Shown: positions 7,723 through 18,300, numbered from the stretch's first letter. The stretch: DNA of 34,044 nucleotides from Chryseobacterium gleum (GCA_945883885.1 CAMCYM010000001.1:1-34044); one strand, 5' to 3'. The notes: generated by a model from the sequence alone, not told the origin. Translations and numbers: made by a program.

Positions 7723-8169
7723 ATGATCGGCATGAACAAAACGAAGCCCGGTTCGGACGCCGGGATGGACCGGGGCATCAACCGGATCGCAGAGGGAACC
7801 TCCGTAGAAGGAACGATCCAGTGCGAGAGCAACATCCGCATCGACGGGGCATTTGAGGGCACCTTGGAGACGAAGGGACGGCTGGTCATCGGGCCGTCGG
7901 GCTCCGTACTCGGCGCGGTCCGGTGCAACCAGTGCGAGGTCGAAGGCCGGCTCGAGGGCAATGTGCTCGTGGAAGAATTGCTGACGCTCAAGGCGTCCTC
8001 TACGTTGAATGGCGAAATCCACTACGGCGCGTTGGCGGTAGAGGCGGGCGCCCAAGCTTCTGGGGTCATGCACCTGTCGACGAAGGTGAAGGACATCCGC
8101 AAAGAAGACCGCGGTCGGAAGGATGAGCGCGTGAAGGAGCAACCGCAGGCCGAGGCTGCCGCCCGTTGA
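7723..8169 (+). CDS. Bactofilin (polymer-forming cytoskeletal protein, DUF583)
   Basis: The beta-helical repeat core IAEGTSVEGTIQCESNIRIDGAFEGTLETKGRLVIGPSGSVLGAVRCNQCEVEGRLEGNVLV...LNGEIHYGALAVEAGA is characteristic of bactofilins. The C-terminal tail is basic/acidic and looks disordered. Confidence 0.85.
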   Translation: MIGMNKTKPGSDAGMDRGINRIAEGTSVEGTIQCESNIRIDGAFEGTLETKGRLVIGPSGSVLGAVRCNQCEVEGRLEGNVLVEELLTLKASSTLNGEIHYGALAVEAGAQASGVMHLSTKVKDIRKEDRGRKDERVKEQPQAEAAAR

Positions 8170-8375
8170 ACGGGGAGTTGCGCGACCGCCTGCGCTTCGT
8201 AGGCAAGTTTTCCGGGATGGCTTTTTCGATGGCCGTGGCCATCGGGGGAGGGGTGTTTCTCGGGAGATGGTGCGATGCGCAGTTGGGAGGCGAGACGCCG
8301 TGGTGCACGGTGGCAGGAGCCTTGCTCGGAACGGGGATAGCTTTGTGGTCTGTGATTCGTCAACTCTCTTCATGA
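8166..8375 (+). CDS. AtpZ/AtpI-family small membrane protein (putative F0F1-ATPase accessory subunit)
   Basis: The protein is 69 aa with two TM helices. KFSGMAFSMAVAIGGGVFLGRWCD...PWCTVAGALLGTGIALWSVIRQL fits the AtpZ pattern. The TTG start overlaps the bactofilin stop (TTGA). The exact start is uncertain (next ATG at 8217). Confidence 0.7.
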   Translation: MNGELRDRLRFVGKFSGMAFSMAVAIGGGVFLGRWCDAQLGGETPWCTVAGALLGTGIALWSVIRQLSS

Positions 8376-8755
8376 AGACTCCGGTATTTGCAGGTGTTTC
8401 CGCTGCGCTATCTGCGGCGTTGTTTTTTGTCGGGCGATTGATTCCCGCGTTCCAAGAGTTTGCAGGGACGGCTGTTTGGCCTGCGGTTGCATTCGGTTAT
8501 GCCGCGCTGTCGGTGCTGTTGTTTGCATGGTCGGCACGGGCCATGGCGGGGTCGCCCCGGGCCATGGTCAATGCCCTCAACGGCTCCACGACGGTCAAGA
8601 TGCTCGTGGTGTTGACCGCGGTGACGATTTACTTGCTTGCAGGGGGCGAATACCGGGTGCAGTTTGCGCTGGGGCTCTTTGCGGTCTTCGCGGCCCATTC
8701 GGTCCTGTTTGTTTCGACGGTGCTGCGCACGACCGGTGGTGAAAAAAGTTCGTGA
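8372..8755 (+). CDS. AtpI-like 4-TM membrane protein of the atp operon (hypothetical)
   Basis: The ATG at 8372 overlaps the AtpZ stop (ATGA). The protein is 127 aa with four hydrophobic helices, the size and topology of ATP synthase protein I. It lies directly upstream of atpB. Confidence 0.6.
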   Translation: MKTPVFAGVSAALSAALFFVGRLIPAFQEFAGTAVWPAVAFGYAALSVLLFAWSARAMAGSPRAMVNALNGSTTVKMLVVLTAVTIYLLAGGEYRVQFALGLFAVFAAHSVLFVSTVLRTTGGEKSS

Positions 8756-8808
8756 GCAGGTCGGGTGGGCCGGTACCGCGACCTATTTTTGCGCCGATTT
8801 CTGAAACC

Positions 8809-9945
8809 ATGACCTTCTCTCATTTGCATCGCTTTGTGGTGGCTGCCTTGATCGGCGGGATGGCAGTGTGGTCGGGTGTTGCAGTGGCCTCGACCCCCGG
8901 ACATGCAGCCGCACCGGAGGATGTGCAGGGCCACGAGGCGCACCACGAGGAGGAGTTCAAGGCGGGAGAATTCATCGTCCACCACATCGCGGATGCCCAC
9001 GAGATCCACTTCTTCGGGGATGTGCACATTCCGCTCCCGGTGATTGTGTCGGTCGAGGACCGGGGTTTCGAAGTCTTTTCCAGCGATGCGTTCCATGGCC
9101 ACGGCCACGGAGACCGGGAATACATATCGGAATCCACGGGCACGCGCTATGTCTTGTACAGCGGGGAAGACGGCGTGCACAATCCGGGCAGCATCGGGGC
9201 ATATGACATCGGTGGGCGGGAACTCCAGGTGCTGGACCTCTCCATCACGAAGTCGGTGGCCGGGATGTGGCTCATTTTGATTGCCATGTCGGCTGTGTTT
9301 ATCTCCGTTGCGCGGAGCTACCGCCGGCGTCCAGGGACGGCTCCTACGGGCCTAGCGAATGCACTTGAACCGCTCATCCTCTTCATTCGGGACGAAGTGG
9401 CACGGCCATCCATCGGGCACCACGCGGACCGCTTTATGCCGTTCCTGTTGACGGTGTTCTTCTTCATCTTCTTCTCGAATTTGCTCGGATTGGTTCCGTT
9501 TGCGGGCGGGTTCAACATCACGGGCACCATCGGCGTGACCGTGGTTCTGGCAACGCTGGTGTTGCTGATTACGAGCTTCAGCGGAAACAAGCACTACTGG
9601 GGCCACGTCCTGTGGATGCCCGGTGTTCCTGCCCCCATCAAGGTGTTGATTTTGACACCCATTGAAGTCATCGGACTGCTGTTGAAGCCGACGGTATTGA
9701 TGATCCGTCTCACGGCAAACATCACAGCAGGCCACATCATCATTCTCGCCTTCACGAGCTTGATCTTCATCTTCGGAAAGGGCGGTGAAGCAGCAACCGC
9801 CGGGTTCGGAATCGGCGTGTTCTCCACCTTGTTCATGATCTTCATGTACTGCCTGGAATTGCTCGTTGCGTTTTTGCAGGCGTACGTTTTTACCCTCCTT
9901 GCATCGCTCTATTTCGGCGATGCGACCCAGGAGGCCCACCACTGA
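8809..9945 (+). CDS. atpB: F0F1 ATP synthase subunit a, with long His-rich N-terminal extension
   Basis: The C-terminal core carries the conserved LMIRLTANITAGHIIIL (essential Arg) and LVAFLQAYVFTLL. I chose the ATG at 8809 because codons 8752-8808 have low GC3. Confidence 0.92.
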   Translation: MTFSHLHRFVVAALIGGMAVWSGVAVASTPGHAAAPEDVQGHEAHHEEEFKAGEFIVHHIADAHEIHFFGDVHIPLPVIVSVEDRGFEVFSSDAFHGHGHGDREYISESTGTRYVLYSGEDGVHNPGSIGAYDIGGRELQVLDLSITKSVAGMWLILIAMSAVFISVARSYRRRPGTAPTGLANALEPLILFIRDEVARPSIGHHADRFMPFLLTVFFFIFFSNLLGLVPFAGGFNITGTIGVTVVLATLVLLITSFSGNKHYWGHVLWMPGVPAPIKVLILTPIEVIGLLLKPTVLMIRLTANITAGHIIILAFTSLIFIFGKGGEAATAGFGIGVFSTLFMIFMYCLELLVAFLQAYVFTLLASLYFGDATQEAHH

Positions 9946-9974
9946 AATTCATTCACTCAATACAACCTCCCATC

Positions 9975-10214
9975 ATGGAAATGTTGAACATCCTCCTCGA
10001 AATCGGACAGGGCCTCGCAGGCCTCGGTGCAGGCGCAGCAGCTATCGGAGCTGGTATCGGTGTGGGCCGCATCGGCGGGTCTGCACTGGAATCGATGGCC
10101 CGTCAACCCGAAGTCATCGGTGACATCCGTTCGAGCATGATTGTGGCGGCGGCACTGGTGGAGGGGGTTGCCCTCTTCGGCGTGATCGTGTGCCTGCTCG
10201 TCGCCCTCGGCTGA
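9975..10214 (+). CDS. atpE: F0F1 ATP synthase subunit c
   Basis: The 79-aa hairpin protein has a GAGIGVG Gly-rich helix 1, an ARQPE loop, and the carboxylate in AALVEGVALF. Confidence 0.95.
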   Translation: MEMLNILLEIGQGLAGLGAGAAAIGAGIGVGRIGGSALESMARQPEVIGDIRSSMIVAAALVEGVALFGVIVCLLVALG

Positions 10215-10218
10215 TCCC

Positions 10219-10716
10219 ATGGGCGCTCTGCTGACTCCCGCGTTCGGGACGGTGATTTGGGCCACGGTGGCCTTTCTCGTGGTCCTGTTCTTGCTCCGCA
10301 AGTTTGCGTGGGGCCCGATTTTGACTGCGCTGCAGGAGCGTGAGCGGGGCATTGCAGAAGCCTTGGGCGCTGCAGACCGGGCGCGCACGGAAATGGCTGC
10401 GCTGAATTCCGAAAACGAGCGTCTGCTGCAAGAAGCGCGGGCGGAGCGGGATCGGATGCTGCGCGAAGCCCGGGAGATGGGCGATGCGGTGGTCGCAGAA
10501 GCCCGCTCGAAGGCGAAGGCCGAAGCTGACCGGGAGGTCGCGGCAGCGCGGGACGCCATTGCAGTCGAACGCAAAGCCGCGCTCGCGGACATCAAGGTGG
10601 AAGTCGCGAACCTGTCCCTCGACATTGCCGAGCAGGTGCTGCGCCGCCAGCTCGATCGTCCGGCGGTTCAGGCAGAACTCGTCGACCGCTTGATCGAAGA
10701 ATCTCCTTTGAACTGA
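10219..10716 (+). CDS. atpF: F0F1 ATP synthase subunit b
   Basis: There is a single N-terminal TM (VIWATVAFLVVLFLL) followed by a long charged helix rich in A/E/R. The gene sits between atpE and atpH. Confidence 0.9.
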   Translation: MGALLTPAFGTVIWATVAFLVVLFLLRKFAWGPILTALQERERGIAEALGAADRARTEMAALNSENERLLQEARAERDRMLREAREMGDAVVAEARSKAKAEADREVAAARDAIAVERKAALADIKVEVANLSLDIAEQVLRRQLDRPAVQAELVDRLIEESPLN

Positions 10717-10720
10717 GTCC

Positions 10721-11275
10721 ATGGCAGCTCCACGGGTTTCCATTCGTTATGCCAAATCGCTCATCGGCCTGGCCGCGGAGCGAGGGGTCCTCGCTGAAGT
10801 CGAGCGGGATGTGCGTGCCATCTTAGCAACTGTCGAAGGCAGCAGGGATTTGGAACGCATGCTCGAGTCTCCGGTGATCAAGTCGGACACGAAGGAAAAG
10901 GTGGTGGACCGCCTGTTTGCGGACCATTTGGACAGTCTGACGCTCGCTTTCCTCAAGATTTTGCTTGCGAAGGGCCGAGAGCCGCTCGTGCGCTCCATCT
11001 GTGAAGCGACGGTGCGTTTGCTGCGCGAAATGCGGGGCGTGCACACGGCGGAGGTTCGGACGGCGCAACCGCTCGCTCCGGAGGTCCGCGACCGTCTGGT
11101 GCAGCGTTTGAATGCCCTTGAAGGTGGTGTGGAATTGCAGGAGCGCGTGGATCCGGACCTTCTCGGAGGGTTCGTGCTGCGCGTCGATGACCGAATGCTC
11201 GACGCTTCTGTGAAGCGTCAATTGACCCTGATTCGCAGGGAACTTACTGAAAACGAATACGAGCCGGAATTTTAA
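10721..11275 (+). CDS. atpH: F0F1 ATP synthase subunit delta (OSCP)
   Basis: The N-terminus [14 protein letters not shown] and the C-terminus [20 protein letters not shown] are typical OSCP/delta motifs. Confidence 0.9.
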   Translation: MAAPRVSIRYAKSLIGLAAERGVLAEVERDVRAILATVEGSRDLERMLESPVIKSDTKEKVVDRLFADHLDSLTLAFLKILLAKGREPLVRSICEATVRLLREMRGVHTAEVRTAQPLAPEVRDRLVQRLNALEGGVELQERVDPDLLGGFVLRVDDRMLDASVKRQLTLIRRELTENEYEPEF

Positions 11276-11301
11276 ACCGGCCACGACAACGTACCGAACC
11301 G

Positions 11302-12879
11302 ATGGCAGAGATCAATCCAGCCGAAGTTTCCTCCATCCTCCGCGAACAGCTCGCTGGGGTCAAATCCGCAGCCGAACTGGAGGAAGTGGGCACGATCCTC
11401 CAAGTGGGGGACGGAATCGCCCGCATTTATGGCCTCACGAACGTGGAATCCGGCGAGCTCATTGAGTTCGAGAACGGAGTCCGCGGCATCGCGTTGAACC
11501 TCGAAGAGGACAACGTCGGAGCGGTGTTGCTTGAACCTGCCGGGGACCTCAAGGAAGGCGCCTCGGTGCGTCGTTCGGGCCGCATCGCCTCGGTTCGGGT
11601 AGGCGAAGGCATGCTCGGACGCGTCGTGAACACGCTCGGCGAACCCATCGACGGCAAGGGTCCGATCCAGGGGGAGCTCTTCGAGATGCCGCTAGAGCGG
11701 AAGGCGCCGGGGGTCATCTTCCGTCAGCCCGTCGCTGAACCGCTCCAAACAGGCATCAAGGCCATCGACGCCATGATTCCGATCGGCCGGGGCCAGCGGG
11801 AGTTGATCATCGGTGACCGCCAAACGGGAAAGACGACGGTAGCGACGGACACCATCATCAACCAGCGCGAATTCTACGAAGCTGGCGAGCCGGTCTTCTG
11901 CATCTACGTCGCTGTGGGACAGAAGGGCTCTACGGTGGCCGGCATCCTGAAGACCTTTGAAGAGAACGGCGCCCTTCCGTACACGGTCATCGTGGCCGCC
12001 ACGGCGTCTGATCCGGCTCCGCTGCAGTTCTATGCACCGTTCACGGGTGCTGCGATCGGGGAATACTTCCGCGACACAGGCCGCCCGGCCTTGGTGGTGT
12101 ACGATGACTTGTCGAAACAAGCCGTCGCCTACCGCGAGGTGTCGCTGTTGCTGCGCCGCCCGCCGGGTCGTGAGGCATACCCCGGAGACGTCTTCTACCT
12201 GCACAGCCGTCTGCTGGAGCGCGCGGCGAAGGTGATCGGGGAAGACACCATCGCGAGGAACATGAACGATCTCCCGGAGTCGTTGAAGGACAAAGTGAAG
12301 GGCGGCGGTTCGTTGACGGCATTGCCCATCATCGAAACGCAGGCCGGTGACGTGTCGGCGTACATCCCGACGAACGTCATTTCAATCACCGACGGGCAGA
12401 TCTTCCTCGAATCGAACCTCTTCTTGAGCGGTGTGCGTCCGGCCATCAACGTGGGGATTTCCGTGAGCCGTGTCGGGGGGAATGCCCAAATCAAGTCCAT
12501 GAAGAAAGTCGCGGGCACACTGAAGCTGGACCAAGCGCAGTACCGCGAGCTCGAGGCCTTTGCAAAGTTTGGTTCAGACCTCGACGAAGCCACGAAGGCG
12601 GTCCTCGACAAGGGCGAGCGCAACGTGGAAATTCTCAAGCAGGACCAGAACTCGCCGATGCCGGTGGAGGAGCAAATTGCCATCATTTACTGCGGCACGC
12701 GTGGCTTGCTGAAGAAGGTTCCGGTGAACCAAGTCCGCGCATTCGAGCGGGAGTTCATCGCGTACTTGCGCGTAAAGCATCCAGCAACCCTCTCGGCTTT
12801 GAAGGCTGGCAAATACTCCGATGCGGAAACGGATGTCCTCGAGGCGGCCGCGGCGGAAATGAGCGCGCGCTACAACTGA
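11302..12879 (+). CDS. atpA: F0F1 ATP synthase subunit alpha
   Basis: Walker A GDRQTGKT is present, along with the conserved blocks [30 protein letters not shown] and ITDGQIFLE. Confidence 0.98.
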   Translation: MAEINPAEVSSILREQLAGVKSAAELEEVGTILQVGDGIARIYGLTNVESGELIEFENGVRGIALNLEEDNVGAVLLEPAGDLKEGASVRRSGRIASVRVGEGMLGRVVNTLGEPIDGKGPIQGELFEMPLERKAPGVIFRQPVAEPLQTGIKAIDAMIPIGRGQRELIIGDRQTGKTTVATDTIINQREFYEAGEPVFCIYVAVGQKGSTVAGILKTFEENGALPYTVIVAATASDPAPLQFYAPFTGAAIGEYFRDTGRPALVVYDDLSKQAVAYREVSLLLRRPPGREAYPGDVFYLHSRLLERAAKVIGEDTIARNMNDLPESLKDKVKGGGSLTALPIIETQAGDVSAYIPTNVISITDGQIFLESNLFLSGVRPAINVGISVSRVGGNAQIKSMKKVAGTLKLDQAQYRELEAFAKFGSDLDEATKAVLDKGERNVEILKQDQNSPMPVEEQIAIIYCGTRGLLKKVPVNQVRAFEREFIAYLRVKHPATLSALKAGKYSDAETDVLEAAAAEMSARYN

Positions 12880-12882
12880 GCC

Positions 12883-13752
12883 ATGGCCGGTGGACTGAAG
12901 GAGGTACGTGAGCGGATTGCATCGGTGCAAAACACGATGCAAATCACCTCCGCCATGAAGATGGTGTCGGCGGCGAAGTTGCGCCGTGCGCAAGACGCCA
13001 TCACGCGGATGCGTCCTTATGCGGAGAAGCTCCAAGGCGTATTAGCAAACGTCAGCGCCACCCTGGATTCGGCAGAGGGCGTGTATTCTGTGCAGCGTCC
13101 TGTGCGCAAAGTGCTGGTGGTGGCTGTGACGTCGAACCGCGGGTTGTGTGGCGGATTCAACAACAACATCCTCAAAGCCACACGTGCCTTTGCCGCGAAG
13201 CACCCGGATGTGCAGGTGGAGGTGTTGCCCTTGGGAAAGAAGGCCCACGATGCTTACAAGCGGCGTGATGAGGAGGTGGCGGCGGGGTTCGCAACCGATG
13301 CGTGGCGGGTGTTTGATGCACTCGATTTCAACCGCTCACGTAGCATCGCGGATGCGATCCTTCAGCGCTATGCGGCGGGTGATTACGACAAAGTGGTCGT
13401 CATTTACAACCGGTTCGTGAACGCGGCGGTGCAAGAATTGACCGTGGAAGATTTTCTCCCGTTGTTGCCCTTGGAGGGCGCCGGAACCGGAGGCGATTAC
13501 CTGTTCGAGCCGTCGAAGGAGGACATCGTGGAGCGGGTGGTCCCGAACTCGTTGCGGGTGCAGTTCTACAAGGCATTGCTGGACAGCCACGCCTCGGAGC
13601 ATGGAGCCCGGATGACCGCGATGCACCAGGCTACGGATAACGCGTCGGAGTTGATTCGGGACCTGAAGATTTCCTACAATAAGGCGCGCCAAACGGCGAT
13701 CACGACGGAAATCCTCGAGATCGTTGCGGGTTCGGAGGCGCTCGACGGCTGA
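12883..13752 (+). CDS. atpG: F0F1 ATP synthase subunit gamma
   Basis: The N-terminus is IASVQNTMQITSAMKMVSAAKLRRAQ and the C-terminus is YNKARQTAITTEILEIVAGSEAL. Confidence 0.95.
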   Translation: MAGGLKEVRERIASVQNTMQITSAMKMVSAAKLRRAQDAITRMRPYAEKLQGVLANVSATLDSAEGVYSVQRPVRKVLVVAVTSNRGLCGGFNNNILKATRAFAAKHPDVQVEVLPLGKKAHDAYKRRDEEVAAGFATDAWRVFDALDFNRSRSIADAILQRYAAGDYDKVVVIYNRFVNAAVQELTVEDFLPLLPLEGAGTGGDYLFEPSKEDIVERVVPNSLRVQFYKALLDSHASEHGARMTAMHQATDNASELIRDLKISYNKARQTAITTEILEIVAGSEALDG

Positions 13753-13772
13753 TCTGCTGTAGCTTCGGCTGC

Positions 13773-15236
13773 ATGGGGCTGCAGTATCGGATGTTGTGGT
13801 CGATGTGGGCACTTGTCGTGCTCGCGCTGGGCTGCACGTTGGTGGTGGCGTATCGCAGAAGTTCGGCCCAAGAAGCGCGGTACAACGAGCAGCGCCTGGA
13901 GCGCAAGGAACAGGCCGTCGCGCGGAGTGTGGAGTACATTTTAGGCCCAGAGACGGGCGCCTTGGGGGCCGTGGAGCTTTCTCAGCTTTTCTCAGATCGG
14001 ATTTGTGAGCTCAGCGATGTGCACGGGGTTTCCATTTCGTTGTACACCTTGAGGGGAGAGCTAGCAATCAGTTCGACAGCAGGCGCGCCTTCGGACTCCA
14101 CGGCCTGGTTGAGGATTCCACCGCAGGTGATGGAGGGCATTTTTGAACGGGTGCCGGGACCGTCGGGTGTGGTGCGGGAGTTCGGGGAGGATGTGGATTT
14201 CGGGGCATTTGTGCAGGCCTTTTGGATCTTCGCGGATGCGAACGGAGACCCGGTGGGCATCGCGAATTTCCGGTACGACAAACGGGGATATGAGGGGGAG
14301 GAGTTCGCCGACTTTGCGCGCGGGTTAGCGCCGGTGTATGCAGCGTTGTTGGTGCTGACGACCGGGCTTGCAGTGGTGCTTTCTCGTACGGTGACACGTC
14401 CGTTGCGCACGTTGGTAAAGGGCATCCAATCCTTGGAACCGGGATCGGACCCGGCGGAATTGCGGTACAGTGGCCGAGATGCCATCGGCGAGTTGGTGGA
14501 GCAGTACAATCAGCTGCATGCGCGTTGGCAGGAGGGCGCGGAAGCTTTGGCCCGCGCAGAGCGCGAAAATGTGTGGAAAACGATGGCGGCGCAGGTGGCG
14601 CATGAAGTGAAGAATCCGTTGACTCCCTTGCGGTTAGGGGTGCAGCACCTCGAGCGGGCCTGGAAGGACGAGCGGCCTGACTTCGGAGAGCGGCTGTCGC
14701 GTTTTGCGGCGTCTGCGACGCACCAAATCGACGGCCTCACCGCCTTGCTCGACGATTACTCGCTCATGGCGACGGTGGACCCCGAGCGCGACCGCACCCC
14801 CGACCTCCGCTGGCCCTTGACGTCTGCGCTGGAGTTGCATGCCGCGGCGCATCCTGAAATCCGGTTCACGGCAGATTTGCCAGAAGAACCGGTGTCGGTG
14901 CTCGGCAGCGAGCGCCACTGGTTGCGGGTAGCGAACAACCTGATCAAGAACGGCATAGAAGCAATCCACGCGGCTTCCAAGGTTCCAGGGGAGGTTGCAA
15001 TTCATGTGGCGGCGGGCGCAGGCAGTTGCACCTTCGAGGTCAGAGACAACGGGGAAGGCATGGACGAGGAGACGCGGTTGCAGATGTTCGAGCCCCGGTT
15101 CTCGACGCGCGCACGCGGCTCAGGGCTGGGATTGTCCATGGTTTCGAACGTCGTCACCCAGTGCGGAGGAGCCGTTGCAGCCTCGAGCACCGAAGGCCAG
15201 GGCACCCAGGTCCGGGTGACCCTTCCTGTGGTGTAA
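13773..15236 (+). CDS. Membrane sensor histidine kinase (2 TM, extracytoplasmic domain, HAMP, HisKA, HATPase_c); no cognate regulator adjacent
   Basis: TM1 is LWSMWALVVLALGCTLVVAY and TM2 is VYAALLVLTTGLAVVLS. A HAMP-like segment follows (RPLRTLVKGIQSL...IGELVEQYNQL). The H-box is AAQVAHEVKNPLTPL, the N-box is NLIKNGIEA, and the G-boxes are DNGEGM / GSGLGL. Confidence 0.88.
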   Translation: MGLQYRMLWSMWALVVLALGCTLVVAYRRSSAQEARYNEQRLERKEQAVARSVEYILGPETGALGAVELSQLFSDRICELSDVHGVSISLYTLRGELAISSTAGAPSDSTAWLRIPPQVMEGIFERVPGPSGVVREFGEDVDFGAFVQAFWIFADANGDPVGIANFRYDKRGYEGEEFADFARGLAPVYAALLVLTTGLAVVLSRTVTRPLRTLVKGIQSLEPGSDPAELRYSGRDAIGELVEQYNQLHARWQEGAEALARAERENVWKTMAAQVAHEVKNPLTPLRLGVQHLERAWKDERPDFGERLSRFAASATHQIDGLTALLDDYSLMATVDPERDRTPDLRWPLTSALELHAAAHPEIRFTADLPEEPVSVLGSERHWLRVANNLIKNGIEAIHAASKVPGEVAIHVAAGAGSCTFEVRDNGEGMDEETRLQMFEPRFSTRARGSGLGLSMVSNVVTQCGGAVAASSTEGQGTQVRVTLPVV

Positions 15237-15386
15237 TTCACAACCGGCCGGTGAACAACTCGCCGGAGTTTATGATGCCCATGTCAAGGTGTTTCCGGAA
15301 TATTGGCCGGATGTTAAATCTTCTTAACGGAAGAACTGGAACGGAAACAAGCCTAAACAATTGAATTTCAACCTAAAAATTGTTCA

Positions 15387-18300
15387 ATGAAAGCAAAACT
15401 GTTGTTCCTGCTCTCCTTCATGCTGGGCCTCAGTGCCTGGGCCTCAGCCCAGGTGCGGGGTACGGTGAAGGACAAGGCCACGGGCGACCCGCTGCCTGGC
15501 GTGGCCGTCCTAGTCGAAGGCAAAACGAAAGGGGTCTTTTCCGATGGAAACGGCGCGTTTTCCATTCAGGCCGATGCGTCGAAGGACGTGCTCGTGTTCA
15601 GCTTCGTGGGCTACAACAACGTTCGACTGCCCCTCAACGGCGCGACGAATGTGAATGTATCCATGGAAAGCGGGGTGGCCCTCGATGAAGTGGTGGTCAC
15701 GGCTCTCGGCGTTTCGCGGGAAAAGAAAGCACTCGGTTATGCGGTGCAGGAGTTGGGCGGAGATGCATTCACGGAAGCCCGCGCAGACAACATTGTGCGT
15801 TCGTTGACTGGCAAGATTGCCGGGGTGCAAGTCACTTCGGGAACCTCGATGGGCAGCTCGTCGAAAGTCCTGTTGCGCGGTGCGAGTTCCATCACAGGCA
15901 GCAACCAACCGCTGTTCGTGGTAGATGGGGTGCCGATGGACAACTCGGACTACGCTTCTGCGAACGTGCAGCGCGATGCGGGCGGGTACGATTACGGCAA
16001 CGCCATTCAGGATTTGAACCCGGACGACATCGAGTCGGTGTCTGTGTTGAAAGGTCCTGCTGCAGCGGCTCTGTACGGCGCACGCGCATCGAACGGTGCC
16101 ATCGTCATCACGACGAAGTCGGGCAAGGGCTTCCAGTCCTCTGGCCGCCGGGGCATCGGCGTGTCGGTGAACACCGGCGTCGCGTTCAACAACGTCTACG
16201 TGCTTCCGGATTACCAAAACCGCTACGGCGGAGGTGCAGGCCCACAGTTCATCGACACCATCGGCGGCTATCCGATCCCGGACTACGGCTACGATGGCTC
16301 GTGGGGCCCAGAACTCGACGGAACCCTTGTGCGCCACTGGGACAGCTGGTACAATTACGAAGGGGATGAGCTGTACGGCGTGGCTGAACCTTGGTCGCCG
16401 ACGTCGAGCGATGTGGACGAGTTTTTCCAAACCGGCGTCACCTACACGAACAACTTCGCGGTGACGGGCGCATCGGACGATGGCTCTTTCCGCCTCTCCT
16501 ACACGAACCACGACCAAACCGGCGTGTACGAAAACTCCTCGCTGAAGCGGAACACCATCTCGTTCAGCGGTTCGCAGCAAGTGTCTGACCGGTTGCGTGC
16601 AGACATCAGCGCGAACTACGTGCAAAGCCAGGGACAAGGCCGTCCGCTGACGGGGTACGGCGAATCGGTTATGAGCCAATTCACCCAGTGGGGCCAGCGC
16701 CAGGTGCGGATGGACCGCCTCAGGAACTACATGAACCCCGACGGAACGCAGCGTACTTGGAACCGCAACAGTGCGGACGACCCCACGCCGCACTACTGGG
16801 ACAACCCGTTCTGGGAGCGGTACATGAACGTACAGAACGACCAGCGCGATCGGATGTTTGGCACAGCAACCTTGAACTACAAGATCAACGATACGTGGAG
16901 CTTGATGGGCCGCGCGTTGACGGACTTCTACATCGACCGACGCCAAGAGCGCATCGCGGTCGGAGGGGTGCGCGAATCTTCGTACAGCGAGTACACCCGC
17001 CAGCTGCAAGAGACGAACCTTGACGCGTACTTGAACTTCCAAGACGACCTGTCGGATGCCTTGAGCATCAAAGGCTTCATCGGGGTAAACAAGCGGATGA
17101 ACACGTACCGCCAGCTCGGCGCATACACGCTGGGCGGCCTCAATACCGCGGGCTTGTACAACGTCACGAACGGGGTGGACGGCTACATGGTGTCGGATAC
17201 CGAATCGGAAAAGGTGGTCAACTCGGTGCTGGGAAGTGTGAGCTTCGGCTACAACAGCAGCCTGTACCTTGACCTGACGGGCCGGAACGATTGGAGCTCC
17301 ACGCTCCCGTCGGAGAACAACAGCTACTTCTACCCGTCTGCCACGGCGAGCTACGTGTTCAGCGAGGTGTTCGACCTTCCTGCGGTGAGCTTCGGCAAGT
17401 TGCGCCTCGGTTGGGCACAGGTCGGCAACGACACAAGCCCATACCAAACCGGCATCACGTACGCCATCAACCCGAACTACGGCAGCAACGGCTCGGCCAC
17501 GGTCCCGAATGCGCAAAACAACCCGAACCTGCGTCCGGAGAAGACCTCCAGCATCGAGATCGGTGCAGAGGTGAACTTCTTCAACGACCGGTTGCGGGTG
17601 GATGCTACGTACTACAACTCGACGACGGAGGACCTGATTTTCAACGTCCCCGTATCGCCGGCTTCGGGGTACAGCAGCACCGTGCTGAACGCGGGCAAGA
17701 CCTCGAACAAGGGCATCGAGCTCGCCATCGCAGGCACGCCCGTGGCTACCGAGAATTTGACCTGGAACATCGGACTCAACTTCGCGAAGAACCAGAACGA
17801 GCTGCTCGAGCTTGCAGACGGCGTGGAAAACATCCGCTACAGCTCGCTCTTTGGCGTGACCCTGGAAGCGCGTCCGGGGCAGCCCCTCGGCACATTCTAC
17901 GGCTACGACTTCGTGTACGACGATGCTGGCAACAAGCTGGTGGACGACGACGGCTTCTACCTGAGCACCGACGAGGTGGTGCCGCTGGGCAGCATCCTCC
18001 CGGACTTCACGGGCGGCGTCTTCACCGACATCACGTGGAAGAACCTCACGCTCTACGCGTTGATTGACTTCCAAAAAGGAGGCTCGCTCCACAGCTACTC
18101 GAACCAGTGGGGCAAGTACTCAGGCACTCTGGCAGAAACGGCAGAAGGCGACATCCGCGAGAACGGACTCGTCGTCGACGGCGTGTACGCCTCGACCGGC
18201 GAACAGAACACCTCGGTGATCGACGTCCAGTCGCACTTCTTCTACAACCAAGGGTATGTTATCCATGCGGCGGACCAGTACGACGCGTCGTTCGTGAAGC

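Noticed and set aside
8166-13752. Possibility that the atp cluster is an N-type (Na+) ATPase, because of the two small membrane genes before atpB
   Set aside because: A delta subunit (atpH) is present and atpD/atpC do not lead the operon. The c-subunit has the carboxylate in LVEGVA, without the Gln / Ser-Thr Na+-ligand pattern. It is a standard H+ F-type operon.
15510-18092. 860-aa ORF on the minus strand, opposite the SusC gene
   Set aside because: Its composition is Arg/Val/His/Ala-rich with no recognisable domain or signal. It mirrors the high-GC3 codon usage of the clearly homologous SusC frame. This is a typical antisense shadow ORF in GC-rich DNA.
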